Below are positions 9,965-18,688 of a stretch of 41,309 bases of DNA, piece after piece. How positions within the stretch are numbered: position 1 is the stretch's first letter; each line of letters opens with the position of its first letter. The notes beneath the pieces were generated by a model, which saw only the letters and a list, made by a program, of their open reading frames with translations, ran no database searches and was not told the DNA's origin. The position numbers were made by a program, and so were the translations under genes. The stretch is taken from assembly GCA_964413725.1 (NCBI GenBank), contig CAYPUH010000005.1, positions 1 through 41,309 of the forward strand. Reading direction: 5' to 3'. Origin of the DNA: an uncultured Cytophagia bacterium (lineage in GTDB: Bacteria; Zhuqueibacterota; Zhuqueibacteria; Residuimicrobiales; Oceaniaggregativiventaceae).

Positions 9965-12900
9965 ATGAGTGTTGTTAAAACCATACAAGAACGGTTGCGA
10001 GCGAGCGAGTCTTTTCAGACACTTGTAGACGCCTGTCAGGCTCGGGAAGCAGGGGCGATTTCCGGCACCGTGGGGTCGGGTCGCGCCATGGTCTGTGCTG
10101 AACTCACTCAACACCTTACCAACGACCTGATTTTCATCGAAGCGGACGAGACCGAGGCCAAACGGTTTTATGCGGATTGCAGCGCGTTGCTTCCCGAGGA
10201 TCAGGTGGTCTGGTTTCCGCCCCTCGGCAGTCGGTTCTGGGCAGAGATTGGTCCACCGCATTCGCTGGTGGGACGCCGTCTGGCCACCCTCAACGCGCTT
10301 CTCGACACGCAGACCCGTCTCGTCGTGACCTGTTCACAGGCGATTCTCGAGTGCGTTGCCTCGCCGGATGTGATGCGACAGAGTCGGCTTACCGTGCATG
10401 TGGAAGACACTCTGGATTTCGAAGCCTTTGTGACCACGCTGGTCGAAATTGGATATGTCCGGGAAGACCGGGTGGAACAGCCAGGAGAAATGAGTATACG
10501 CGGTGGACTCGTGGACGTGTACCCGTTTGACCGCATTCAACCCGTACGCATTGAATTCTTTGGTGATCAGATCGAATCCATCCGGGAAATCGAGGTGGAC
10601 ACCCAACGGTCTGTTGCCCTGCTGGGGTGCGTACAGCTGTTGCCCCTCAGCGCAGCAGGACCCTATGGACCCGCTGACGAGGAGACCACCCACCAGCTAG
10701 AGTTGACACATAGTGTGCTCGACTATCTGAATACCAACGCACATATTCTATTTGCCGACAGGCAACAGGTTTTGGACGCGTGGCAACAGAGTGAAGAACA
10801 CCTGCGCAAACGCCTGAACGAATCCGGTGTCGCAAAACCCTTTGACGCGCTGTTTACCACTGCCGACGCCCTGGCGGAGATGAGCAATCGTTTCCACCCG
10901 TTGGAATGGGTCGGGGTGCAACGGTCGCTACCCCACCTTACCCATTTCGATATGGATCCCCCGGTCAAATTCAACGGTCATCTGACGCGATTTAAAGACG
11001 AGATTCTGACTCATCAAACCCATACCACCCGGGCCGTGTTTGCCCTCTTTTGCGATTCAGAGGCTCAGACCGAACGGCTACAGTCCATACTCGACGAAGA
11101 GGGGTTTCCAGAGACGGTACGGGCATCCCATCTCAATCTGTCCACAGGGTTTCTCTGCCCGCCCCTGGCCTCTTATGTCTATACCACTCATGACCTTTAT
11201 AACCGGGTCCGATTGGTTAAAACCGATCGACTCGAATCTCGCAACGTGTCCTTTCGCGAATTGACGGAACTGAAACGAGGGGATTTTGTCGTACACAGTG
11301 ATTACGGAATCGGGCTGTATCGGGGACTCGAGCGTATCCATGCCTATGGCAAGGAGCGCGAATGCCTGGAAGTGGAATATCGAGACGGGGATAAACTCTA
11401 TGTTCCCATGGAAAAGATGGATTGCGTTCAAAAGTACAGCTCTCGAGACGGCGTCGTTCCCAGTCTCAATAAACTGGGCGGAAAAGAGTGGACTCGGCTT
11501 AAACAAAAGACCAAAAAGGACGTTAAAGAAATTGCCGACAATCTGATTAAACTCTATGCTATGCGTCAAAGCGAAACAGGGGTTGCCTTTCCCGGTGATG
11601 ACGTGTGGCAAAAGGAACTGGAGGCGTCTTTTGAATATGAGGAGACAGCCGACCAGCTTCAGGCGGCACAGGAAATAAAGAAGGATATGCAACAAGAAAC
11701 ACCCATGGATCGACTGGTCTGTGGAGATGTGGGGTTTGGCAAAACCGAGGTGGCGATCCGTGCCGCGTTTAAAGCGGTGAACAGCGGGAAACAGGTCGCG
11801 ATTCTTGTACCCACCACCGTGCTGGCACAACAACACTATGATACGTTTAAAGATCGATTAAAGCCGTATCCCATCGAAGTTGAGATGCTTTCGCGCTTTA
11901 AAAGCGCCCGTCAACAAAAGGAGATTGTCAAACGAGTTGATGCCGGTCAAGTCGACCTGGTGATCGGAACACACAGGCTATTGTCCAAAGATGTAACCTT
12001 TAAGGACCTGGGCCTGCTGATAGTGGATGAAGAACAAAAGTTCGGAGTGCTCCATAAAGAACGACTGAAACACCTTAAAACCAACGTGGATACATTGACA
12101 CTGTCTGCCACGCCCATCCCGAGAACACTGCAGATGGCACTGGTTGGCGCCCGAGACATGTCTCTTATCAATACTCCGCCCTATAATCGGCGCCCCGTCA
12201 AAACCGAAGTGGCCAGATTTGATCGCGATCTGCTGCGGGAAGTGATTCTGAGAGAAATTAATCGAGGGGGACAGGTTTTCTTTGTTCACAATCGGGTGCA
12301 GAGTATTTATGGGGTGACCTCAACATTGAGAGAATTGGTTCCTGAAGTGTCTTTTGCGGTGGCCCACGGCCAGATGCAACCACAACAACTCGAAACAATT
12401 ATGCATCGATTCTCTCACGGGGAAATCCAGTGTTTGATCAGCACCATGATTATCGAATCCGGTATCGATGTTCCAAACGCCAATACGCTTATCGTCAATC
12501 GTGCCGATCGGTTTGGATTATCACAACTCTATCAATTAAAAGGTCGGGTGGGCCGATCCAACCAACAAGCCTTTGCCTACTTTATTATACCGCCCATTAA
12601 AAAATTGAATCGCACGGCAATCAAACGACTTCAGGCGATACAGGATTATTCACACCTGGGATCCGGATATAAAATTGCCATGCGGGATCTGGAAATTCGG
12701 GGCGCCGGCAATCTTTTTGGCGCCCAGCAAAGCGGCTATATCGACGCGTTGGGATATGAGACATATACCAAAATCATTGAAGAAACCATCCAGGAAATAC
12801 AGTCAGATCAGGATCCCGAGGCCATCGAAAAGCCCTCAACCCCAGCGTTCGATCCAAAAGTTGAATGGCGGGCGGATGCCTACCTGCCGAAGACATATGT

Positions 12901-13345
12901 GCACTCTGTAGCCGAACGCGTCGATATTTATAAACGGTTGAGTGCTGCTGTATCGCGTTCCGATCTGTCTGTTCTTGCAGACGAGTTGGTGGATCGATTC
13001 GGACCTCTGCCGCAAGCCGCTCAACATCTGATAGACTATGTCGCCGTAAAGCTACTGTGCCGACAAGCCAGAATTGGTGAACTGCGAATAGAGAATAAAC
13101 GACTCACCGGCATTTTTCATCCCGAGTACTTGCCCCAGGGTGAAGAGTTTCGATCCTGGATCGCTGCATTGGTACAACAAGGGGGAGAAACCCTTCAGCT
13201 CAAACAAGAAGGAGATCAATTGCTGTTTGAAAAGCCTTTGGGTGATGAAAGCCCGGCGGATATGAGAACGATCCTCGAAGACTTGATACCGGCTGACGAT
13301 ATGGGTTCGGTACACAGCACCGAATCGCCAAAAACGCCAGGATGA
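9965..13345 (+). CDS. mfd: transcription-repair coupling factor Mfd
   Basis: Contains a UvrB-homology N-terminus, the CarD-like RID (GDFVVHSDYGIG), a superfamily-2 helicase core (GDVGFGKTEVA, DEEQKFG) and the TRCF domain. ATG 9965 lies just after the murQ stop. Confidence 0.95.
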   Translation: MSVVKTIQERLRASESFQTLVDACQAREAGAISGTVGSGRAMVCAELTQHLTNDLIFIEADETEAKRFYADCSALLPEDQVVWFPPLGSRFWAEIGPPHSLVGRRLATLNALLDTQTRLVVTCSQAILECVASPDVMRQSRLTVHVEDTLDFEAFVTTLVEIGYVREDRVEQPGEMSIRGGLVDVYPFDRIQPVRIEFFGDQIESIREIEVDTQRSVALLGCVQLLPLSAAGPYGPADEETTHQLELTHSVLDYLNTNAHILFADRQQVLDAWQQSEEHLRKRLNESGVAKPFDALFTTADALAEMSNRFHPLEWVGVQRSLPHLTHFDMDPPVKFNGHLTRFKDEILTHQTHTTRAVFALFCDSEAQTERLQSILDEEGFPETVRASHLNLSTGFLCPPLASYVYTTHDLYNRVRLVKTDRLESRNVSFRELTELKRGDFVVHSDYGIGLYRGLERIHAYGKERECLEVEYRDGDKLYVPMEKMDCVQKYSSRDGVVPSLNKLGGKEWTRLKQKTKKDVKEIADNLIKLYAMRQSETGVAFPGDDVWQKELEASFEYEETADQLQAAQEIKKDMQQETPMDRLVCGDVGFGKTEVAIRAAFKAVNSGKQVAILVPTTVLAQQHYDTFKDRLKPYPIEVEMLSRFKSARQQKEIVKRVDAGQVDLVIGTHRLLSKDVTFKDLGLLIVDEEQKFGVLHKERLKHLKTNVDTLTLSATPIPRTLQMALVGARDMSLINTPPYNRRPVKTEVARFDRDLLREVILREINRGGQVFFVHNRVQSIYGVTSTLRELVPEVSFAVAHGQMQPQQLETIMHRFSHGEIQCLISTMIIESGIDVPNANTLIVNRADRFGLSQLYQLKGRVGRSNQQAFAYFIIPPIKKLNRTAIKRLQAIQDYSHLGSGYKIAMRDLEIRGAGNLFGAQQSGYIDALGYETYTKIIEETIQEIQSDQDPEAIEKPSTPAFDPKVEWRADAYLPKTYVHSVAERVDIYKRLSAAVSRSDLSVLADELVDRFGPLPQAAQHLIDYVAVKLLCRQARIGELRIENKRLTGIFHPEYLPQGEEFRSWIAALVQQGGETLQLKQEGDQLLFEKPLGDESPADMRTILEDLIPADDMGSVHSTESPKTPG
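13305..13326. repeat. palindromic repeat, copy 1 (inside the last codons of mfd)
   Basis: GTTCGGTACACAGCACCGAATC. About 27 of 31 positions are identical to copy 2 when the flanks are included. It encodes the mfd tail ...SVHSTESP. Confidence 0.6.
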
Positions 13346-13434
13346 TATCCATATTGAAGAGGTGATGCTTGCTTTTCCTGCCAATTAGAGCGTCAATGGA
13401 ATATCTGTTTGGACCATCTGCTATAGGAAACCCT

Positions 13435-13457
13435 GATTCGGTGCAAAGCACCGAATC
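13435..13457. repeat. palindromic repeat, copy 2 (perfect)
   Basis: GATTCGGTGC-AAA-GCACCGAATC has perfect 10-bp inverted arms. Confidence 0.7.
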
Positions 13458-13553
13458 CCCAATAAAATCATACGATTATAATGAGGAGCCGGGTGAAAAC
13501 ACTAAAAGGTGTAACGTACTTATAATCAAAAAACTAATGATTTTTGGACACTA

Positions 13554-13577
13554 GTGTCCGGTCGAACGACCGGACAC
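13554..13577 (+). terminator. GC-rich hairpin, candidate terminator without a canonical U-tract
   Basis: GTGTCCGGTCG-AA-CGACCGGACAC has 11-bp perfect arms. Its left arm also pairs with GGACAC at 13546-13551 (GGACAC-TA-GTGTCC). Confidence 0.4.
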
Positions 13578-13711
13578 CCACAACAATTCTATTAAAATCA
13601 TTTTATTATGTTAATCGAAAAACAGAATCGACTTGAATTGAAAGTTACGAAACCATTGTTGTTTATTATATAGTTAACTTGGTTGGTGCCCGGTAACCGG
13701 ACACCTGTGAC

Positions 13712-13741
13712 TTGAAATATTAATAAACAACTGTATATATT
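13712..13741 (+). promoter_or_regulatory. candidate sigma70-type promoter for the PPIase/envelope gene block
   Basis: TTGAAA (13712-13717), an 18-nt spacer, then TATATT (13736-13741). It sits immediately downstream of the GGTAACCGGACAC motif. Confidence 0.3.
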
Positions 13742-13823
13742 GTACTTGTATGTTAGAATATTTGAGTGACTAAAGGAATAAAAATCGCCCATGAACATAG
13801 AACGCAGCAAGGGGAGTGTGATT

Positions 13824-15554
13824 ATGAAAAGAGTTGCTCTATGGATGATTCGCTTGGTTGTGACACTGCTTCCGGGGATGGTCGTCCTCCTCTCCTCTGG
13901 ATGTAGGCTGGATAAAACGGTAGCTGTGGTGGGACGCGAGCGAATTCGAGCGTCTGAATTTGTCAAGAGTTATATCGACAGTCGGCAGAATACCACCGGA
14001 TGGACGGATACAGATTCCCTTCGACACCAGCATCTCGATCAGATGATCCGTCAATCCCTGAAGGTTCAGGATGCTCTAGACAAACAACTGGATACCGTGC
14101 CATCCATCCAGAAACAGCTACAGAAAAAGTATGACGAAATGATATATCGTACGGTTCTCGATCGTCTGGTTCTTGATCGGGTGGTTCCAGAATCTAGCGT
14201 GAGAAAAATGTACGATCGACACAAAACCGAAATTCAACTATGGCACATATTTATTCCCTTTGACAATGAAACAACAGAGACTGCGACGAAACGGAATGGA
14301 AAACAACGGTTGCGAACCGTCAGAGAGGAATGGTTTTCCGGTCATTCTTTCGAGGATCTGGCAAGAAAATATTCCCAGGATCCATTGAGTCGCGGCCAGG
14401 GTGGATATGTCGGTTTTGTGGGATGGGGCGATCGGGGATATGGGGAATCGTTTTACCAAGAGGTTTTCAATTTGACCCCGGGTCGGCTTTCCCCTGTGAT
14501 TCGCTCGGAGAAAGGCTATCATCTCTGCAAGGTGGAGAACCGGCGCAAACGAGGATTGCCCCCGTATATAGTGCACAAAGAGAAGATCCGAAACAATTTA
14601 CTCAAGGAGAATAATCAACGGTTAAGGGCACAATTCGATCGTGTCGGTGTTGAGCTGTCAAAAGAGTATGATCTCACGTTTCATGAGAGCGTTTTTGATC
14701 CTTTTATCGTATGGTATCTTCAAACCAGGAGTGATACCACGGCCCGGAAACGGTCTCTTTTGCAGCAGTTTCACACACTGGATGCTTCATGGACGGATGC
14801 CGCCTTGTTTTCGTTTCGAGGTGGAGAGTATAAACTCGAGCGGTTTGTTGAGGAACTGGACCGAATTCCCCATTTTCGCCGACCGCCATTGACATCCGAT
14901 GTGCAACTAAAGAATCTGCTCAGCAACATTGCTCCCTATCATCTGTTTTTGGCCGTTGGCCGGGATCGTCATATTGTAGAGAGTGAAACCTTTAAACGAC
15001 GATACCAAAGCGAGCGTGACCGTCTTCTCGCTCGAGAGGTGGAGCGGCACGTGCAGGCCAGAGTACACATTGATGAACAACAGGTTGAGGAGTGGCTTGA
15101 GGCACACACAGAGTCCCTCGCAACCGGCAAGGAAAGCAAAGTACAGCAGATTGTTGTAAAGGATGCTGAGACAGCAGAACGCGTGATCCGAGAGGCTGTC
15201 GAAACCCCCTTTGATCAGCTTTACGAGCGTTATAATATAGATCCCGATCCTCGTAACAACAACGGAGAGTTGGGATTCATTACACCATTGCAATATGGTG
15301 ACATTGGACTGGTTGCCGCCCGCATGGAAATCGGCGAAATCTCCAAACCCATAAAAGCCGGAAACAACTATTCGATTATCAAAGTAGTAGATAGGAGAGA
15401 TGCGGGTGGTGAGTTTGTTAAAAACAGAGCGCAAATCCGCAGAAAGCTTTATGAAGAAAAGAGTCAAGCGGTGATGCGGGAATGGATGTCTGAACTAACG
15501 GAACGAGACATGGTGATCCGCTACTGGAATGTGGTGTCGAAAATTACAATCTAA
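13824..15554 (+). CDS. SurA/PpiD-like peptidyl-prolyl isomerase, putative lipoprotein, two parvulin-like domains
   Basis: ATG 13824 follows AAGGGGAG. Signal sequence MKRVALWMIRLVVTLLPGMVVLLSSGC. Parvulin-like segments end in GYHLCKVENRR and YSIIKVVDRR. Confidence 0.85.
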   Translation: MKRVALWMIRLVVTLLPGMVVLLSSGCRLDKTVAVVGRERIRASEFVKSYIDSRQNTTGWTDTDSLRHQHLDQMIRQSLKVQDALDKQLDTVPSIQKQLQKKYDEMIYRTVLDRLVLDRVVPESSVRKMYDRHKTEIQLWHIFIPFDNETTETATKRNGKQRLRTVREEWFSGHSFEDLARKYSQDPLSRGQGGYVGFVGWGDRGYGESFYQEVFNLTPGRLSPVIRSEKGYHLCKVENRRKRGLPPYIVHKEKIRNNLLKENNQRLRAQFDRVGVELSKEYDLTFHESVFDPFIVWYLQTRSDTTARKRSLLQQFHTLDASWTDAALFSFRGGEYKLERFVEELDRIPHFRRPPLTSDVQLKNLLSNIAPYHLFLAVGRDRHIVESETFKRRYQSERDRLLAREVERHVQARVHIDEQQVEEWLEAHTESLATGKESKVQQIVVKDAETAERVIREAVETPFDQLYERYNIDPDPRNNNGELGFITPLQYGDIGLVAARMEIGEISKPIKAGNNYSIIKVVDRRDAGGEFVKNRAQIRRKLYEEKSQAVMREWMSELTERDMVIRYWNVVSKITI

Positions 15555-15570
15555 CGAATGGAAGTCTGTT

Positions 15571-16437
15571 ATGAAACAACCGCGATGGATTTGGCTCGGG
15601 ATTCTGACCTGTGGGTTGTTGATAGGATCGTGTGGACAAAAAGAGTCCTCTATAGAAACGATTGCAAAAGTCGGAGATGCCAAATTAACTCTAGACGATA
15701 TTCAGGATATGCTACCGCAGCAGAGTTCGGTTCAATACTCCCGGGTCCAAATAGAGCAATATGTCCAGAGATGGATCGAGAGGCAACTTGTTTATCAGGA
15801 ATTAAAGCGACGGAACTTTGATGACCGCGAGGACATTCAAAGAGAACTGGAACGCGTGAAACGCGACTATCTGGTTACGTCGTTTCTCGAGCATGAAGTT
15901 GATCAATATCTCGATATCAGTGATGAAGAGATCAACGACTATTATTCTGAAAAATCTTCTGAATACATTCGACCCACCGATCAGTATCATGTTCAACTTA
16001 TTTTGACAGAGACCTATCGGGAGGCCAGCCGTTTACGGCGGGAAATTCTCAAGGGTCTCGATCTTGCCATGGCAGCGAAGGAGCACTCTGTTGATGCCAG
16101 CAGCAAAGAGGGTGGTGATCTTGGCTGGGTGTCTCTGGAAACCCTTTCTCCGGCATTGGCTCAGAAAATCCCGTCGCTTGGAATTGACCGTCTGTCAGGT
16201 CCCGTCAAGACGGAGGTCGGATATGCCTTGGTCAAGGTGGTTGAAAAGCGGAAAAAAGGCGACGTTCAATCCCTTGACGAGGTCAGAGATATCGTGGTGT
16301 GGAGGCTCAAAGCGCAAAAACGAGCGATGAGACAGCGCAGACTCATTTCTAATCTAAAGGAAGAAGTTGATATTGAAATGAATACAGTCCCGCTCGAAAA
16401 TTTTGTTGCAAATCCGCTGAAGCCGTCTAAAGACTGA
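15571..16437 (+). CDS. SurA-like peptidyl-prolyl isomerase, putative lipoprotein, one parvulin domain
   Basis: Signal and lipobox MKQPRWIWLGILTCGLLIGSC. Parvulin domain HVQLIL...GGDLGWV...GYALVKVVEKR. Confidence 0.8.
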   Translation: MKQPRWIWLGILTCGLLIGSCGQKESSIETIAKVGDAKLTLDDIQDMLPQQSSVQYSRVQIEQYVQRWIERQLVYQELKRRNFDDREDIQRELERVKRDYLVTSFLEHEVDQYLDISDEEINDYYSEKSSEYIRPTDQYHVQLILTETYREASRLRREILKGLDLAMAAKEHSVDASSKEGGDLGWVSLETLSPALAQKIPSLGIDRLSGPVKTEVGYALVKVVEKRKKGDVQSLDEVRDIVVWRLKAQKRAMRQRRLISNLKEEVDIEMNTVPLENFVANPLKPSKD

Positions 16438-16581
16438 CAGGTCCGAAGTGAAGGACGCGCAAAACCACGACCCGAACAGGATCTGTCGGCTGTTACGCTA
16501 TGATCTGGATGCAAATGGACACCTGTCCAATCGTGAAAACGGGATGACTAGAACACAAAACCGAAAAGGGAAGAATAAATA

Positions 16582-17922
16582 ATGACAAGAACCCCATTTA
16601 TGGTCACCGGCCTGGTGGTTATCATGCTGATCCTAGCGGTGACTCTCGTCTATTCTCAATCGCAACAGGTCCTGGATCGAATCGCGGCCATCGTGGACGA
16701 TGATATCATTTTGGAATCCGAAGTGGTTCAGAGTGCTTATCTGATGGCCCTTCAATCGGGTGTCAATCCCAGCCAAAATCCCGGCCAGTTTGAACGGGAA
16801 TTTGAAAAATACAAGAACGAGACGCTGCAAAACCTGATCGACAAAAAAGTCCTGTTGATTCAAGCTGAGGAAGACACCATAGAGGCCGATGAACGCATGG
16901 TCGAATACCATCTCAAACAACAGATGCAAAATGTTACACAAAAATTGGGTGGACCCGATGCGGTTGCCGATTATTTTGGCATCAGCTTGTCCAACGTTCG
17001 CAAAAACTATCGTGAACAGATTGAAGAAGAATTGAAGGTGCAGCGGGTACGAGAGATGAAGCTGATGACGGTGGATGTTTCCCGTCGCGAAGTTGAAGCG
17101 TTTTATAAAACGCACCGGGATTCTATCGATACGATGCAGGAAACCGTTGAGTTGAGACATATTCTGATTGTCCCGAAACCCGGTGAGGAATCAAAAGCCA
17201 AGGCCCGAGAGACTATCGCGAAACTCCGCAAGAGATTGGCGGAAGGTGAGTCGATTGCCGAGCTGGCCAAAGAATATTCAGAGGAGCCGGGCAGTGCCTC
17301 AAGAGGTGGTGATTTGGGTCTCATGGGGCGAGGTGAATTCGTTCCAGAGTTTGAGCAGGTTGCGTTTTCTCTTGAACCCGGCGAGATTTCGGATGAGATC
17401 GTGGAAACGCAGTTTGGATTCCATATCATCAAGCTCGAGGAAAGACGAGGTGAAAAGGTCCGAGTCCGACACATTTTAATTTCTCCCAAAGCAACCCAGG
17501 CGGATGAATTGCGAGCAGCCGAGACAATCAAAGAAATTCATAAAGAAATAAAAGAGGGCGCTCCGTTCGAGGAAATGGTTGCCAAATACTCTGATGATGA
17601 AACCACAGTAGAACAGGACGGTTATTTGGGTGAATTTCAGCTGGACCAGTTAGAACAAACCGCAAAAGAGTTTACCTATGTTTTACAAGGGGTGGAACCC
17701 GGAGAGATCACTGAACCGGTAAAGACGGATTATGGGTTTCATATCCTTAAGGTGATCGATCGTCAGCAACCCCGCGATCTGGATTTGAAACAGGATTGGG
17801 AGCGTGTCAAAAACATGGCCCTCGAGTATAAAAAGCAGCAGATTTTTAAAGAGTGGTTGAGCGAGATCAAACAGGATGTGTATGTCGAAATCAAGAATCC
17901 CATCACAGAATATCAGAGATAG
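16582..17922 (+). CDS. surA: periplasmic chaperone SurA-type PPIase, two parvulin domains
   Basis: SurA N-terminal signature LDRIAAIVDDDIILESEV. Two parvulin domains: GGDLGLMGRGEFVPEF...GFHIIKLEERR and DGYLGEF...GFHILKVIDR. Confidence 0.85.
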   Translation: MTRTPFMVTGLVVIMLILAVTLVYSQSQQVLDRIAAIVDDDIILESEVVQSAYLMALQSGVNPSQNPGQFEREFEKYKNETLQNLIDKKVLLIQAEEDTIEADERMVEYHLKQQMQNVTQKLGGPDAVADYFGISLSNVRKNYREQIEEELKVQRVREMKLMTVDVSRREVEAFYKTHRDSIDTMQETVELRHILIVPKPGEESKAKARETIAKLRKRLAEGESIAELAKEYSEEPGSASRGGDLGLMGRGEFVPEFEQVAFSLEPGEISDEIVETQFGFHIIKLEERRGEKVRVRHILISPKATQADELRAAETIKEIHKEIKEGAPFEEMVAKYSDDETTVEQDGYLGEFQLDQLEQTAKEFTYVLQGVEPGEITEPVKTDYGFHILKVIDRQQPRDLDLKQDWERVKNMALEYKKQQIFKEWLSEIKQDVYVEIKNPITEYQR

Positions 17923-17953
17923 ATACGAACACCTTTAATGACAGGATAGGATC

Positions 17954-18631
17954 ATGAGAGCTGGAAAACAGGTTATGTGGATCTGCACGGCGGTTATATG
18001 TGGATGGGTGGTACCGTGTTTTGCTCAGCCGACAAAAAGTGCGTTCACCATCGCCCGACTCAAATACAGCGGGGGGGGGGACTGGTACAATGATCCTTCT
18101 ATGTTGCCCAATGTACAGACGTATCTGTCACGCACCACAGGAGTTGACGCTTCACGCGTGGAAGCCCGTGTGTCACCGATGGATGAACACCTCTTTGCCT
18201 ATCCGGTCTTATTCGTTACCGGACACGGGCGAATGACATTCACTGCAAAAGAGGCAGAGCGCTTGCGTACCTATTTGAGTCATGGTGGATTTCTATATGC
18301 AGATGACGATTATGGTATGGATAGCTATTTCCGGGACGCCATGAACGCGGTTTTTCCCGGAAAATCCTGGATTGAATTGCCGTATTCTCATGATATTTAT
18401 CACATCGTTTTTGATTTTTCAGATGGATTGCCCAAGATACACAAACACGATGGTGGCGCTCCTCGGGGGTATGGACTGTTTCACAAGGGTGAAATGGTAT
18501 GCTTTTATAGCTATAACACCAATATCTCGGATGGATGGGCTGACCCCGATGTACACAAAGACCCTGCCCATATTCGCGAACAGGCGTTAAAAATGGGTGT
18601 CAATATCCTCGTATATGCGATGACACACTGA
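17954..18631 (+). CDS. secreted DUF4159-like protein (GATase1-like fold family, function unknown)
   Basis: Signal peptide ...VVPCFAQ. Motifs RLKYSGGGDWYNDP, YPVLFVTGHG and LRTYLSHGGFLYADDDYG match my recollection of DUF4159. Contains a G10 tract at 18071-18080. Confidence 0.75.
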   Translation: MRAGKQVMWICTAVICGWVVPCFAQPTKSAFTIARLKYSGGGDWYNDPSMLPNVQTYLSRTTGVDASRVEARVSPMDEHLFAYPVLFVTGHGRMTFTAKEAERLRTYLSHGGFLYADDDYGMDSYFRDAMNAVFPGKSWIELPYSHDIYHIVFDFSDGLPKIHKHDGGAPRGYGLFHKGEMVCFYSYNTNISDGWADPDVHKDPAHIREQALKMGVNILVYAMTH

Positions 18632-18688
18632 TTGTTTTGATTCCGGCCGGAGACGGGAAATAACGAGTCAAGGGAACAAATCTGTATT

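Noticed and set aside
13369-13554. 61-aa ORF in the mfd-PPIase spacer ending exactly at the GC hairpin
   Set aside because: The GAGGTG abuts the ATG with no spacer. The ORF body is largely the palindromic repeat and AT-rich filler. It may be a real micro-ORF, but I cannot support it.
13598-13966. 122-aa minus-strand ORF spanning the spacer and the 5' end of the first PPIase gene
   Set aside because: It lies in an AT-rich promoter region and is antisense to a signal-peptide coding segment. It has no motifs.
16517-16526. 10-mer GGACACCTGT shared upstream of two PPIase genes (also at 13699-13708)
   Set aside because: Chance identity of a 10-mer is expected many times in 41 kb, and a few times even among the roughly 3 kb of spacers. 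It is not significant alone.
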